64,000 nucleotides of DNA, taken from assembly GCF_009914755.1 (NCBI RefSeq), contig NC_060946.1; one strand, 5' to 3'. Positions 40,250 through 62,529 of this stretch are shown one piece after another (the first letter of the stretch is position 1; each line of letters opens with the position of its first letter). The position numbers and the translations under genes were made by a program. The DNA is from the human T2T-CHM13v2.0 reference genome, Homo sapiens. The notes under the pieces are model-generated. The model worked only from the letters and a program-made list of their open reading frames with translations, was not told where the DNA came from and ran no database searches.

Positions 40250-40790
40250 ATAATGGAAAAATAAATGAAAAACTTACCAAAAAATGGTTACCTATAGGAG
40301 GAGGGAGAGAAGGGTATAGGAATAAAGTACTTCTGTGAATTTACTTTGTTACATAGTTTTAACTTTGGAACTATGCATATATTTTATATAATTACAAAGC
40401 AAGAGTAAATAAAAAAACAATTGCCAGATTTTCAAAACAAACTGAAACGAACATATCAAGTTTGTGGCAATGACTACACAGAGAATAATTACTTCAAGTA
40501 ACTTTAAAATACAATATTTTGACTGTTCACCCTGGTGGAATGTGTTAAAAGGACGTAATGAACTGCTAAGAAATCTAAAACCACATTCTTAGTAAAACAA
40601 GTGTTATTGTTGCTAGGAGGTTTGAAATTGTTACATTGAAAGTATTATAGTTACATTGTAAGATAAAGCAAATAATTATGGCAGTGTTGTTAGGAATAAA
40701 GATCTTCAATAGAAAAGAAAAGATTACAAGTATAAAAAGCAAAGAAATCTGCAATTGGAACTGTAAATATCAATATGGACTCTCTCTCTC

Positions 40791-40859
<69 letters not shown>

Positions 40860-42240
40860 TTTTTTTTTTTACCATAAATGCATTTCTGGTCTGGCGCGAT
40901 GGCTCCCAGCACTTTGGGAGGCAGAGGCAGGTGGATCACCCGAGGTCAGGAGTTCGAGACTAGCCTGGCCAACATGGTGAAATCCCGTCTCTACTAAACA
41001 TACAAAAAAATTAGCCGGGCATGGTGGTGGTGGGCACCTGTAATCCCAGCTACCTGGGAGGCTGAGCACGAGAATCACTTGAATCCAGGAAGCAGAGGTT
41101 GCAGTGAGCTGAGATTGTGCCAACTGCACTTCAGCCTGGGCGACAGGGTGAGACCCTGTCTCAAAAAAAAAAAAAAAAAAAAAAAAAAAGCATTAGAAGC
41201 AGTGACAGTAATATAGCATTTAGTATCCCCAGTGCCCAAGTTGTGGTCTTAACTATTTCCCACTAATAGGAACCAGGGCTTTTTAGAGAAATGGCTGATT
41301 ATAGGTCCGGGGCAGGAAATAGACAAGATACACCTAGGACTAAGGAACTTAACAAAAGCTAATGGAATTGTGTCAGAAGGACTCAGGAACCAATTTGGAA
41401 GGGTTCCCAGGGCTTAAGATAGAAAAGTTTGAGCATCAAAAAACAATAAGCTAGGCATAGTGGTGCCTGTAGTCCCAGCTACTCAGGAAGCTGAGGCAGG
41501 AGGATCACTTGAGCCCAGTAGATTGAAAACATCAAATACATAAAAATTCATGCATTTGAAATAATTTTCAAAGAAAGTGGAACTCATCGGTCATGATTTT
41601 GGGTTGTTAGGGGAGTTAACTAAATTCTTTAAAAATTAAAGCATTTTAATTCTTTAAAAATTAAAGGCAAAAAATTAAGCATTTATCCCACCTTTCCTAT
41701 ATAAACTGTTAACTCCAAGAAACCAGAGGGTTAATGAGAGAGAAGCCTTCTTTATAGAAGAATTCCAGTTAATAAATGCTGAAGGAATACTAGAACTAGA
41801 AAATTGCTGTTTTGCCACCCCTAATGAGGACATAGATCTAGGAAGCCATCACTAGGTGAGAGGATGGTGGGAAAATATAGGAGAAATCTGGCTACCTGCC
41901 ATCTGAATCCACCAAACAATCTTGGCATTGCTACAACTGTGGCAGCCAGACATGATGTGCCTCATGATACTATGTAAGGGGAAGTACCCAGCCACATTCA
42001 TGAACTGTTCTTGCCTAAAAAATTGAACATGACTCCAAGCCTAATGCAAATCTCTCAGTTTATAGGAAATACAGGGGTCAGAGGAACAAGTTAAAGACAC
42101 CTCGAGGTTACAGTCAGCCAAATCCAAAATGTAGGACATTTTATAGGATAGATGACTTGATTTCTCTAGTAGATTGATGGCATGAAAGAGAAAAAAAGCA
42201 GGAAGGGAAGTTGTCATATAAAACAGAACTTTAAGTGACC
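40250..42240 (+). mobile_element. Old L1M (L1MC/MD-like) 3' region with inserted Alus (40888-41189, 41450-41520)
   Basis: aggaaccagggctttttagagaaatggctgatt...ggggcaggaaat motif; A-rich composition. Confidence 0.6.
40780..40870. repeat. Compound microsatellite (CT)6(TA)5(TG)~20(TA)~8 T12
   Basis: Read directly from the sequence. Confidence 0.95.
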
Positions 42241-42298
42241 TAACAATTAAAGCGAACCAAAATGGACCACTCTGGCTGTTGTGTTAGGAGTACATCAG

Positions 42299-46413
<4,115 letters not shown>

Positions 46414-47407
46414 TAAGTATTGTAATTATTTTGATTAATATGTTGATAACCTATGGTTTTGTATCTTCCTTTTTTCCACACAGTTAATCAACACTTCCCT
46501 ACATCTTAAGTATTTGTCGTAAATGTTATTTTTTAACAACTATTCATATTTTATAGGATGGCTTACCTTAATATACTTAGCCATTCTCCTATTAATAGAT
46601 ATTTGGATAGTTTCTGTTTGTCTCCAGTTATGCAAATGCATGTGATTTTGATGTTGAGTTTTTTGGATACTGTTTATATGGTTTTGTTTCCCAATTAGAT
46701 TCAGAAGTAATAATACATAGAAATGTGAACATTAGTACACTTTTTAACTTAAGTTTATTGAGTTTATACCAAAGTAAGTCAAGCACTGTGCTAGACACTG
46801 GGTTAAGGGTCTCTGGCGTTCACCCAAACCTCCCTGCAGAAATCTCTTACGCTGCCAACACTGTCTCTTGGGAGAGTTTGAATATGTTCATTGGAGGATA
46901 GTGACCCCAGACCAACAGTCCAGTTGCCCAGTCCTGGAATGTGAAGGCATTAAGCTGTTTAGTATGATAAGCTATAGACTAATGCCTGCCTCCAATTACA
47001 GCATTCAAATTCCAGGTCTGATTCCCATCCCCTTCCCAGGCCCTAGCTCATCAGACCATTATCTGACTAGCATTAAAAGGAGATGAAGCTGGCAGCCAGG
47101 ATCAGGTTGGCTGAAAGCTCAAAAAAGCCTATGCCAGCGTGGCAACTGAATTTTATGTCATTGACTCAATCTCTAAGTCCTATCCAGGAGACATTTGTTT
47201 AGAAGCAAAAGTAAAACAGTCCTTTTTGAAAGTAACAGTTTTCATTTCTGTTCATCAGTATCTAACTAGAAGCCTCAGCCCTTTGATGTAACTGATTTTA
47301 TAGCATCCTCCTCCCTAAAATCACAGACCTTTTCTCTTTCCTTGGAGAGAGGAGATGTAGCTCAGGGATTCCTAATGACCTTTCAAGGTTTAAAAAACTT
47401 GTATTTT

Positions 47408-47711
<304 letters not shown>

Positions 47712-47848
47712 TTAGTGCGTGTGTGTGTGTGTGTGTGGCCTTGAACCCCTGCTCTCTGCCAGTAGTGGGGTTCAGCTTGTCTTAAAGATGTTTCCAGCTC
47801 ATCTTCTAACCTTAGGGGAGTAGCACTTAAGTTATTTCTCTGTTGCAG

Positions 47849-48010
47849 AGATGGCTGAGCGATTCCATCATGTCACTGTGCTCCAGATACACTTCTGTGA
47901 CTGGCAGCAGGCCTGGGAGCGGAGGGAGAGCTTGTACGCTCACCATGCCCAGGTGGAGAAACTGGCCAGGAAGATGGCCCTGCGGCGCGCCTTTACTCAC
48001 TGGAAACACT
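47849..48010 (+). CDS. SFI1: SFI1 exon, 162 nt (EMAERFHH...RRAFTHWKH), ending at a U12-type donor
   Basis: tgttgcag|AG acceptor; donor CACT|gtatcctttc; T joins AC of the next exon to form Tyr. Confidence 0.94.
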
Positions 48011-50999
<2,989 letters not shown>

Positions 51000-51070
51000 A
51001 CATGCTGCTGTGTGCAGAAGAAGCTGCCCAGTTTGAGATGGCAGAAGAGCACCACAGGCACAGCCAGCTG
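51000..51070 (+). CDS. SFI1: SFI1 exon, 71 nt (YMLLCAEEAAQFEMAEEHHRHSQL)
   Basis: ggcag|ACATG acceptor; CTG|gtaaga donor; within ORF 50873..51142. Confidence 0.94.
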
Positions 51071-51928
51071 GTAAGAGCCCTGCATCCTGGCACGGGTCCG
51101 CTTGGCAGCCTTGCTTGGGTATCCACTCTTGGGGGACCCTGACCCCTATCACCTTCATTAAATGCAGTCAGCTATGGGTGAGTTTTGGTCATGAAGCCCT
51201 CCTTTCATTGTGGGTGTCCTTCTTTTCATTTTGGATTACAGGTGCTAATGTTGTAGGGTCAGAGGGGTATGGAGCTGTAAAGGAACCTCAGAGATTATTT
51301 AGTCCTGAGCTTTTTTTACATGGTAAAACCCCTTTTGAGTGGCGGAAGCCTCACCTATAAAATAGGTCAAAGTAGCCATGCTGTGGTTGAAGCACGTCAG
51401 GGAGTCCGTCCCTGTTCTACCTGCTACTCTTCCCTTCCCTTGCTACACGAGGTGGTCTTCATATGTTTTCAGGAGCCTCTGGGGCTCCACAAAGCACAGT
51501 ACGAAAACCCCTAATCCAGTCTGATATCTTCACTTCTGTCTCAGAAAATTGAAGCCTAAGGCATGGGGAAGTATGGGCAAATCAGCTTTGCTTAGCCAAT
51601 TTGTGAGGCATTATTATTATTTTTTAGAGATGCGGTCTCACTATGTTGTCCAGGCTAGATTCAAACTTCTGGGCTCAAGCAATCCTCCCACCTCAGCCTC
51701 CTGAGTAGCTGGGACTATAGGCATGTGCCACCAGGCCCAGTGTTGAGGCATTAGTATTATTATCATTACTATTATTATTAGAGATAGGGTCTCCTCTGTC
51801 ACCCAGGCTGGAGTGCAGTGTTAAAATCATAGCTTGCTGCAGCCTTGAACTCCTGGACTCAAGTGATCCTTCCACTTCAGCCTCCCAAGCAGCTGGGACC
51901 ACAGGCACATGCCACCATGCCCAACTAA

Positions 51929-52349
<421 letters not shown>

Positions 52350-52888
52350 TGAGCCACTGCACCTGGCCTTTTAGGCATTATTGATGGAGCTGGATCCAGG
52401 TCCATCCTGGCCCAACTCCAACCCTTCCTTTCACTAAAGATTCCTTCTTCCATTTTAGCAGCACTGCATTTATAATCATACAAATGTATGCACTGAGCCC
52501 ACATGGTAAAAAAACAAAAACCACCACAGACAAAAAGTCTGTCTTCTCCTGAGAGGCAACAGTTGATGTTTACCTTGGTCTGTAGAATTGTCATGTGGGT
52601 CATGGGGTTCTTTCCTGGTGTGGGTGTGTTTGTTCTTGTGCAGTATAGATGGACAGCAGGGAGGGTTCAGCAAATATTTATTAAGTGCCTGCTGTGCAGG
52701 CTGGCTTGTGTTAGGCTCCCAGTTGAATCTCAAAGCAGAGAAACACTCAGGGAGATGGAACAGCTACAAGAAGCTGTGACCAAGCTTCTCCCCGCTGATT
52801 TGAGGCACTGTTTGCCTTCCTCTACTCTTAGTTTACAGACTCTACTGATCCCAGTCCTTGTAATCAGTTGTGTCCTTTCTTTGCACAG

Positions 52889-52981
52889 TATTTTTGCTTT
52901 AGAGCCCTAAAAGACAATGTGACCCACGCTCATCTCCAGCAAATAAGAAGGAATCTTGCTCACCAGCAGCATGGTGTCACG
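52889..52981 (+). CDS. SFI1: SFI1 exon, 93 nt, phase 0-0 ([12 protein letters not shown]...QQHGVT), likely cassette exon
   Basis: ttgcacag|TAT acceptor; ACG|gtgagg donor; within ORF 52868..53077. Confidence 0.93.
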
Positions 52982-53121
52982 GTGAGGGTTGTCTTCTGTA
53001 TCAAGGGACCTCTTCTGAAGGCCATTCTCTCTCGCTCTTTTTTTCAGTCTTGCCAAATTAAGCAGAACTCTTTTTAAAAAAATTTTTGTGCTTCAAGATT
53101 TGTCCAGACTGTCAACTGTAA

Positions 53122-53461
<340 letters not shown>

Positions 53462-53804
53462 TAGTTTGCATTTTCTTTGGTAATCCATACCTGCTGATAG
53501 AAAAACTTGTTTGATCCCATTTTTTTATCTATTTGCCAAGAAATGGATAGTTGACTCAAAGTTCAGGGACTGTGGATTTTAAACCTGACCTAGGGGATAT
53601 AGTGATACAAATACTTTCTTTTTTTCTGTACTTATTTAGAGGCAGGGTCTTGTTCTGTCACCCAGGCTGTAGTGCAGTAGATCACTGCAGGTTCAAGTGA
53701 TCCTCCTGCCTCAGCCTCCCAAGTAGTTGGGACTACAGCTGTAAGCCACCACACCCAGCTAATTTTTGTATTTTTTGTAGATGGGGTCCTACTATGTTGC
53801 CTAG

Positions 53805-54269
<465 letters not shown>

Positions 54270-54817
54270 TAAAACAATGGTTTGTTTACTTGATGCCAAC
54301 ATATATTGTCTCTACTTTCTTGGTGTAGGATTTTTTTCCCTGTTACTATTTTATGAAAAATGTTTAAACATACAGAAAAATAGGAAAAAAAAGTATAATA
54401 AGCCTCTATATAGTCACTACCTGGATATAGTAATTGTTAATATTTGCTATGTTTGCCTCATTGTTTTTTGCTGAATAATTTCAAAGTAAATTATAGACAT
54501 CATGACACTTTGCACCTAAATATTTCAGCATGCGTCACTCAGAGACATTTTCTTATGTAACGACAATGTCATTATCATCCCTAAGAAAAGTAACAGTGAT
54601 TCCCTAACATTAATATCTAGTCAACATTCAAATTTCCATAGTTGTCTTAAAAATGTCTTATTTGTAGCTGCTTTTTACAAACCAGAATGCAGTTAAGGAT
54701 CACTAACTCCATTTGGTTCTTTTCTGATTGATTTTTAGCAGAAATGGATTTTGTTACTATATTTCTTAAAGCTTTTAATCTAGAACTTTCCTTCCCCCAA
54801 CAACACTTCTTTATTAC

Positions 54818-54819
<2 letters not shown>

Positions 54820-54896
<77 letters not shown>
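54820..54896. repeat. (TA)~23 followed by T~30 (tail of an antisense Alu)
   Basis: Read directly from the sequence. Confidence 0.95.
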
Positions 54897-54897
<1 letters not shown>

Positions 54898-55761
54898 AAA
54901 CCGGGTCTCGCTCTCGCCCAGGCTGGAGTGCAGTAAGTAGCTTGATCTCGGCTCACTGCAACCTCCACCTTCCGTGTTCAAACTGTTCTCCTGCCTCAGC
55001 CTCCCAGGTAGCTGGGACTACAGACGCACACCATCACGCCTGGCCAATTTTTGTATTTTTAGTAGAGATGGGGTTTCACCGTGTTGGCCAGGCTGGTCTC
55101 AAACTCCTGACCTTTGGTGATCCTCCCACCTCGGCCTCCCAAAGTGTTGGGATTACAGGCGTGAGCCACGACACCCGGCCTATTATATTTTTTAATTGTG
55201 GTAAAAGATACATCACTTAAACTTTATCACCTTAACCATTTTTAAGTGTACAGTTCAGTGACATGTACATCCACATTGTGCAATCATCATCACTATTCAT
55301 CTCTAGAACTTTTTCATCTTGCAAAATTGAAACTCTGTACCCATTTCCTCTTTCCTCAGCCCCTGGAAACCACCATTCTACTTTCTGTCTCTATAAATTA
55401 GATTATTCTAGAGACCTCATAGGTGGAATCATATAGTATTTGTCCTTTTGCAACTGGCTTATTTCACTTAGCATAATGTATACTTTTTAAAATGACTGCC
55501 TTTTTTTAAAAAAGGACAGGCCAGTTATTTTGTTTATACAATTTATTTATTATTATAATAATTATTGTTAGAGACAGGGTCTCACTCTGTCATCCAGGCT
55601 AGAGTGCAATGGTGTGATTGTAGCTCATCGTAGCCTCATCCTCCTGGGCTCAAGAGAATATCCTGCCTCAACCTCCTGAGGAGCTAGGACTACAGGTGCA
55701 TACCACCATGCCTAGCCTTGTATAATTTTTTTTGTTGTTGTTTGTTTGTTTGTTTGTTTGA

Positions 55762-55920
<159 letters not shown>

Positions 55921-56503
55921 TAGTAGAGACAGGGTTTCTCCCTGTTGGTCAGGCTGGTCTCAAACTCCCAAGAACTCAGGTGATCCACCCGCCTTGGCCT
56001 CCCAAAGTGCTGGGATTACAGGTGTGAGCTACTGCGCCCAGCCCAGTGTTTTATGTTATTGATTTATCTGATTGTTTCCTTTTGATATCATTTATATCAT
56101 TTAATTTTCCTTTAGTCTACATGGTTCCTATAATCGTTACATCTGAGGGCTTGTTTAGATTGAAGTTAAACATTTATGCGAGACTACTTCATAGGTGGGA
56201 ATATGCATTAAAATCAGTTTTAATTTCTAAAATGGCTTTCTAAAATGTCATTGTCTTCTGTGGGATTAGGAATAGCTTCTTCATCTAATTTCCATAGACT
56301 GGAAGAACCATCTTTTTGCCTTTTATGTTGGCCCAGAATAGCTCTATAGTTGAGCCCTCATTAATTTGTATGCCCACTGTATGTTGGCTGCTCCTAACTG
56401 AGGTCATTTCTGCTTTGGGGGAGCTCACAGTCTGTTGGAGTAAGGATTCACTGTTTTACCTTTCATCTCAGTACATTTCCATCTTCTTCCTCCCTTGCTT
56501 TAG

Positions 56504-56601
56504 CTGCTGCACAGGTTCTGGAACCTCTGGCGGTCTCAGATTGAGCAGAAAAAGGAAAGAGAGCTGCTCCCCTTACTGCATGCTGCCTGGGACCACTACA
56601 G
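56504..56601 (+). CDS. SFI1: SFI1 exon, 98 nt ([12 protein letters not shown]...AAWDHYR)
   Basis: cttgctttag|CTG acceptor; CAG|gtaggg donor; frame continuous. Confidence 0.95.
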
Positions 56602-57696
56602 GTAGGGACTCTGGTTTCATCCCTGGCTCTCAGGGACTTTGTGCCTCTGACTTACTGTTTTCCAGGAGTAATTGCTTGCCCTTCTATGCGTTAGTGTGGC
56701 AGATTCAGAAAGGCCTGCTGGGGTGGAGGTCCTGCTGTAAACCATTTGTTCCTGACTTTGGGTTTTTGGCTGATCAGATGGGAGATAGAATGAGCATATT
56801 TGCATTGGTTCTTGGCCACCATAGTCTGAAGTATGTGCCTGGTCGCTCACTGCCTTGGTCCTACAGGCATCAATATGTTCACAAGTTAGAATTCATGCAT
56901 TGCTAGTGTTAAAGAGAAGGGTCAGGGACATTTGTGACTCAGTCTTAAAGTGTGCAGGGAATGTCCTCAATATTTTAGAGCTAGTCATTCAGTTAAATAA
57001 ATAAAAACACTACATTTCTGTGAGGAAAACTCAGAATGTATAGGGTGGAAAGTATAAAGGGAAAAATAAAAGTTGCCTGGCCCCCTCCCTACAAGTAAGA
57101 GTAAGATCTTACTCCTCAGAAGGAAGCACTACGTATAAACTTTCTTGCTGCCAGAAATGTTCAATATGTCCTTCCTTTCTTTGCCCTCCTTTTTTCCTCT
57201 CCCCACAGTATAATCAACTTAATTTGCATAGTTTAGCTCCAATTTTGAAGCATTTTTTAATGAGTTAGTGAGAATCCCAATAATAAACTGACTCATTTAG
57301 AGTTATCAAGGCATATTATTCCAAACCCTGGTTTACAAAACCTAGTGTGAGAGGCAACATGTCGTGGACCCCCAGCGTTTGGCCATGAAACCAGAAAGTT
57401 CAGGATATCTAGGGGATTTCACACATATTTCCTAAATTCCAGAGCTACTGTGCTTTCGGTGGTCTAATTAGGTTTTACAAGAAAGTTGCAACATTTTAGG
57501 CAATCCACAGTCCAAAATCAGAGGTTGACAAATTTTATATTAGATATCAGGTTCTTATTGCCGTCTCTCCTAGAATGAAACTAGTAAGCCCATGGGGTGC
57601 CTTTAACTCACAGGAAGTAACTGTACCGCAATTTACCTGCCTTAAAACAAAGTTTTAAAAACTTGAAACCTGAAGGTGTTCTTCCTTTTGTTTCAG

Positions 57697-57763
57697 AATA
57701 GCACTGCTGTGCAAATGTATCGAATTGTGGCTACAGTATACTCAGAAGAGGCGGTACAAGCAG
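57697..57763 (+). CDS. SFI1: SFI1 exon, 67 nt ([22 protein letters not shown])
   Basis: ttttgtttcag|A acceptor; CAG|gtatgg donor. Confidence 0.94.
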
Positions 57764-59670
57764 GTATGGAGTACTTTTTAGCAGATAGCTCTACTGGCTT
57801 ACATTCTTGGACCCATTTGCTTTGGAAAGATTCTTGGAAAAGACCTATGCCAAGTAGTCTTATCGTTCTGCTTTGGAAGAGAGGGTGTTGAAAAAGCTCA
57901 AAGTCATTTCTTCCAGTTCCCACCTCTAATATCAGAAAGTCTGCATAACTCCCATTTCTTATCTGCTATGAAAATACAAGTTCTCTCTGAAAGTACTGAG
58001 CTCTTATCAGCCATTCACATCTTTACTCAAATTCATTTAGTCTCTGAGTTAGCCAGCCCTTCACCCAGTGGGACCTGCAAGAGGTACAGGGAGAGGTGCA
58101 GAGCATAAGTGCTGCATCCCAGTGCTAAACAGTGTGAGACACATGTCTCCCGGGGGTGGAGGATGTGAGGTCAGGACCACAAATAAGTAAAGGCAGATTG
58201 AGAAAGATAGATTCAATTCCATTTAAGAAATACTTATTGAGCAACTGCTGTTCTTCAGACACTGCACTAAGCACTGAGGATACAACTGTGATATAAAGTC
58301 AATAAAATTCCTGCTCTCCCAGGGCTCATACTTTAGCACCAGGGTGACAAATGAGTGTGACCTTACAAGCCCGTTCTACCAATTGGGAGTACCTGTCTGG
58401 AATGTTGAAGTGAGAAGGATTTCAAGGCCATATTTACACTCAGTGGGAAAGGGTTCAGTTGATGGCATCTGCCATTGTGAGAAGTGCCCCCTTTTTGGTC
58501 ATCTCTGGCAGTGAAACAGAGGAAGACACAAACCAAACTCCTCCCAGTTATTTTCGTGTTGCCCACCCTACCCGTACCTCCATCTTCTGTTGGAGTCTAA
58601 CAGGTGAATCTTTAGATTCACCTGTTAGCTAGTTCCCTATAGTTTGGGGATAGAATCCAAATTTTTAGCAAGGCCTACAAACTCCTTCGGGAGCTGGTCC
58701 CTGTCTGTTTCTCTCCCCTTTCCTGTTACCACTCTGTTCCTTCACAACTGCACTCTGACCAGTTAAGCTGCCAGTGGTTCCCTAAAGGTCCTCTGTGCCC
58801 TCCTGCTTCTCTTTGTACCTCCAGTTCTCTATTTCACACTCCCTTCCAGCTCAGATGTCACCTCCTCCCCCAGGCCAGTCCACCTCCACCCCTACCCCAG
58901 AGGCATAGCTTTATCAGAACATTCATCTTATAGTTGTTCACTGGCTTCTCTTTCCCCACAGGCTGTGAAGTCCTTTAGAGTACAGCCTGTCCCTTTTGCC
59001 TCCTTAGCCCACAGTGCTTGGCATGGGATATGTGCTAATATTTGGATGAATTAATGCACAGACCAACAAATGAACTGCTGTTGATTTCTTCAGAGTTTTT
59101 TTCCAAGGATGATCTAAGTCGATAGAGCTTGGATGCTACAGGGCATGGCCTCTTTTTGCGTCACTCTTGCCTCCTACACTTAAGAAATGCTAGAGTCACT
59201 GCATTCTTTGACATGCCTTTGGATTATGTTACTGGCTTTGAAAAGACATTGCCACTTGTTATCTTAAGTTCATGTAATACAAGTTCACCAGAATGCAGGA
59301 AAGCCTTTCAGAAAAAGACTATGAGTGTCAGAGTTGAAAGGTTGTATTTATTCAAGGTGGAGAGCAGAGGGTCTCTTTTATTTCCTTCCTGGAAAACGAG
59401 CACTCCCCTTGACACAGGGGCCCAACACTGGCGGACAGTCCAGGGTCAGCGTTTTCATCTCTCACACTGATCTAGCACGGCCTGCTTTCAAAGGTATAGC
59501 GGGTCTGAAAAATGGGAAGAGCACTGCTTAGTCATTCCTAAACCTTTAGCTAACAATCTGAATATCACCTCTTGGTATAGGTATCCCAGGAGCACATCAG
59601 ATCTTTCTATTCTTAGACAAGATAAAAATATTATTTTTTGTGGGTTTCTTCCTTTTTAAAAAGTAACATA

Positions 59671-60342
59671 CAGTCAGCCCTCTGTATCTGTGGGTTCCAC
59701 ATCCATAGATTCAACCAACCATGGATAAAAAATATTCAGAGAAAAAAAAGAGTAGTTGTGTCTGTACTGAACATATTCAGACCTTTTTTTCTTGTCATTA
59801 GCCCCTAAACAATATATAAACAATATAGCATAACAACTATGTACATAGCATTGACATTGTATTGGGTATTATGAGTAATCTAGAGATGCATACAGGAGGA
59901 CTGTGTAGGTTATATGCAGATGCCAATTTATTTGTTTTGTTTTGTTTTGTTTTGTTTTTGAGACAGGTTTCACTTTGTCACCCAGGCTGGAGTACAGTGG
60001 CATGATCTTGGCTCACTGCAGCCTCACTCTCCCCAGGCTCAAGCGATTCTCCTGCCTCAGCCTCCCAAGTAGCTGGGACTACAGGTGCAAGCCACCACGC
60101 CCAGCTAATGTTTGTGTTTTGTTTTTTTTTTTTGTAGAGGTGGGGTGCCACCATGTTACCCAGGCTGGTCTCAAACTCCCAAGCTCTGCCTGCCTCAGCA
60201 TCCCAAAGTGCTGGGATTACAGGCATGAGCCACTGCACCCGGCCTGCTATACCATTTTATATAAGATACTTGAGTATCCATGGATTTTGGTATCTGAGAG
60301 GGGCCCTGGAACCAGTCCCCCACAAATACCAAAGGATGGCTC
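59671..60342 (-). mobile_element. MER2 (TcMar-Tigger MITE) split by an antisense Alu (about 59930-60244)
   Basis: cagtcagccctctgtatctgtgggttccacatccatagattcaacc...catggattttggtatc...ggaaccagtcccccacaaatacc matches MER2. Confidence 0.85.
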
Positions 60343-60624
60343 TTTGCAGAATGGCGAATGTTTGCTAACTGTTGAAGCTTGATGGTAGGGTCATGGGTAT
60401 TCATTATACTGTCGGCTTCTACTTTTGTTTACATTTGAAAATGCCCATAATAAAAAATAGAAAAGCAATGTGTAGATATTATAGAAAATTTAGGAAGTAT
60501 AAAAAGATATAAAGAAGAAAAAATAAAACCATTCATGACATTTGATGGGTAAGCCTGGTATCTCTCTTCCTCTGTTTGGGTAGGAGTGTATGTACCTATC
60601 TATTCACATACACATACATATGCA

Positions 60625-61564
<940 letters not shown>

Positions 61565-61817
61565 TTATGTCCATTGTCTGTCTTCCCACTGATGTATCAG
61601 TAAAATAGTAGACTTTTATAATTACATTAATGTGTATGACAAACACTATAAACAAAATCAAAAGATATATTATGGGGTGGGGAAATATTTAAGATTTATA
61701 ACACATGACAAAGGACTAATAAATTGTTTAGGTTCAAAAACCCCATACATATCACTGAGTCAAATGCTAACAGACAGTGAAACAGGTAATGGGTATGAAC
61801 ACCTAAGCCAGGGGGAA

Positions 61818-61844
61818 GAGAGAGTGAGTGAGAGTGTGTGTATG

Positions 61845-61875
<31 letters not shown>
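61818..61875. repeat. (GA)n/(GT)n microsatellite
   Basis: Read directly from the sequence. Confidence 0.9.
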
Positions 61876-62086
61876 AGAAATGTTTAACTAATGTTTAAGT
61901 GAAAATTTTTTTACCTATCCTATTTCATTTTTCACCTAGCATATTGGCAAAGATAATAAATAATGATTCATCTTTTTCTCATTTTTATTATATAGGAAGC
62001 AATCCTCCCACAAGGGTGTGACCCTGAGAGGTCATGTTTAAAAAAAAAAAAGTTAAGTACAAAGGTTATTCATTCTTTTACTTTAG

Positions 62087-62217
62087 CTGCTACAGGCCAG
62101 AGCGGATGGTCATTTCCAGCAGAGAGCCCTGCCTGCTGCCTTCCACACATGGAACAGACTCTGGCGATGGCGCCACCAGGAAAATGTCCTCAGTGCAAGA
62201 GCAACACGTTTCCACAG
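62087..62217 (+). CDS. SFI1: SFI1 exon, 131 nt ([22 protein letters not shown]...ATRFHR)
   Basis: tttactttag|CTG acceptor; CAG|gtatgt donor; Sfi1 motif present. Confidence 0.95.
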
Positions 62218-62529
62218 GTATGTTGCGCAGCTCCTGTCTGCACTGGGGCAGGTGTTTCAAATCTAACTCTGACAACCACACAGCCCATTTGCTGTGCTTT
62301 TCAGCTTCCCAGACCCCAGGCCCTAGTACTTCCTGGATTTTCAGTAATGTGGGCTCATTGATTTCATCTAGCAGGAAAAGACAAGACAGTGTTTCCCCTG
62401 GGAAATCTTTTGTCCATCTTTATTTATTTTTTTTTTGTGTGTGTGTGTATATATGTATTTATTAAAAAAAATGTGTAGTGTTTAATCTGAACAGCCAGTG
62501 GCTTAGTCAAGTTAACATATACATGAAGA

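Noticed and set aside
47846-47850. Nearby alternative splice dinucleotides (cagAG here, GT at +5 after 19603, AG at +5 after 57696)
   Set aside because: All would frameshift, and the sequence alone gives no support for their use.
56316-56906. 196-aa ORF overlapping an SFI1 exon (also 62034..62465)
   Set aside because: Alternative frames across real exons with non-ATG or unsupported starts; no independent evidence.
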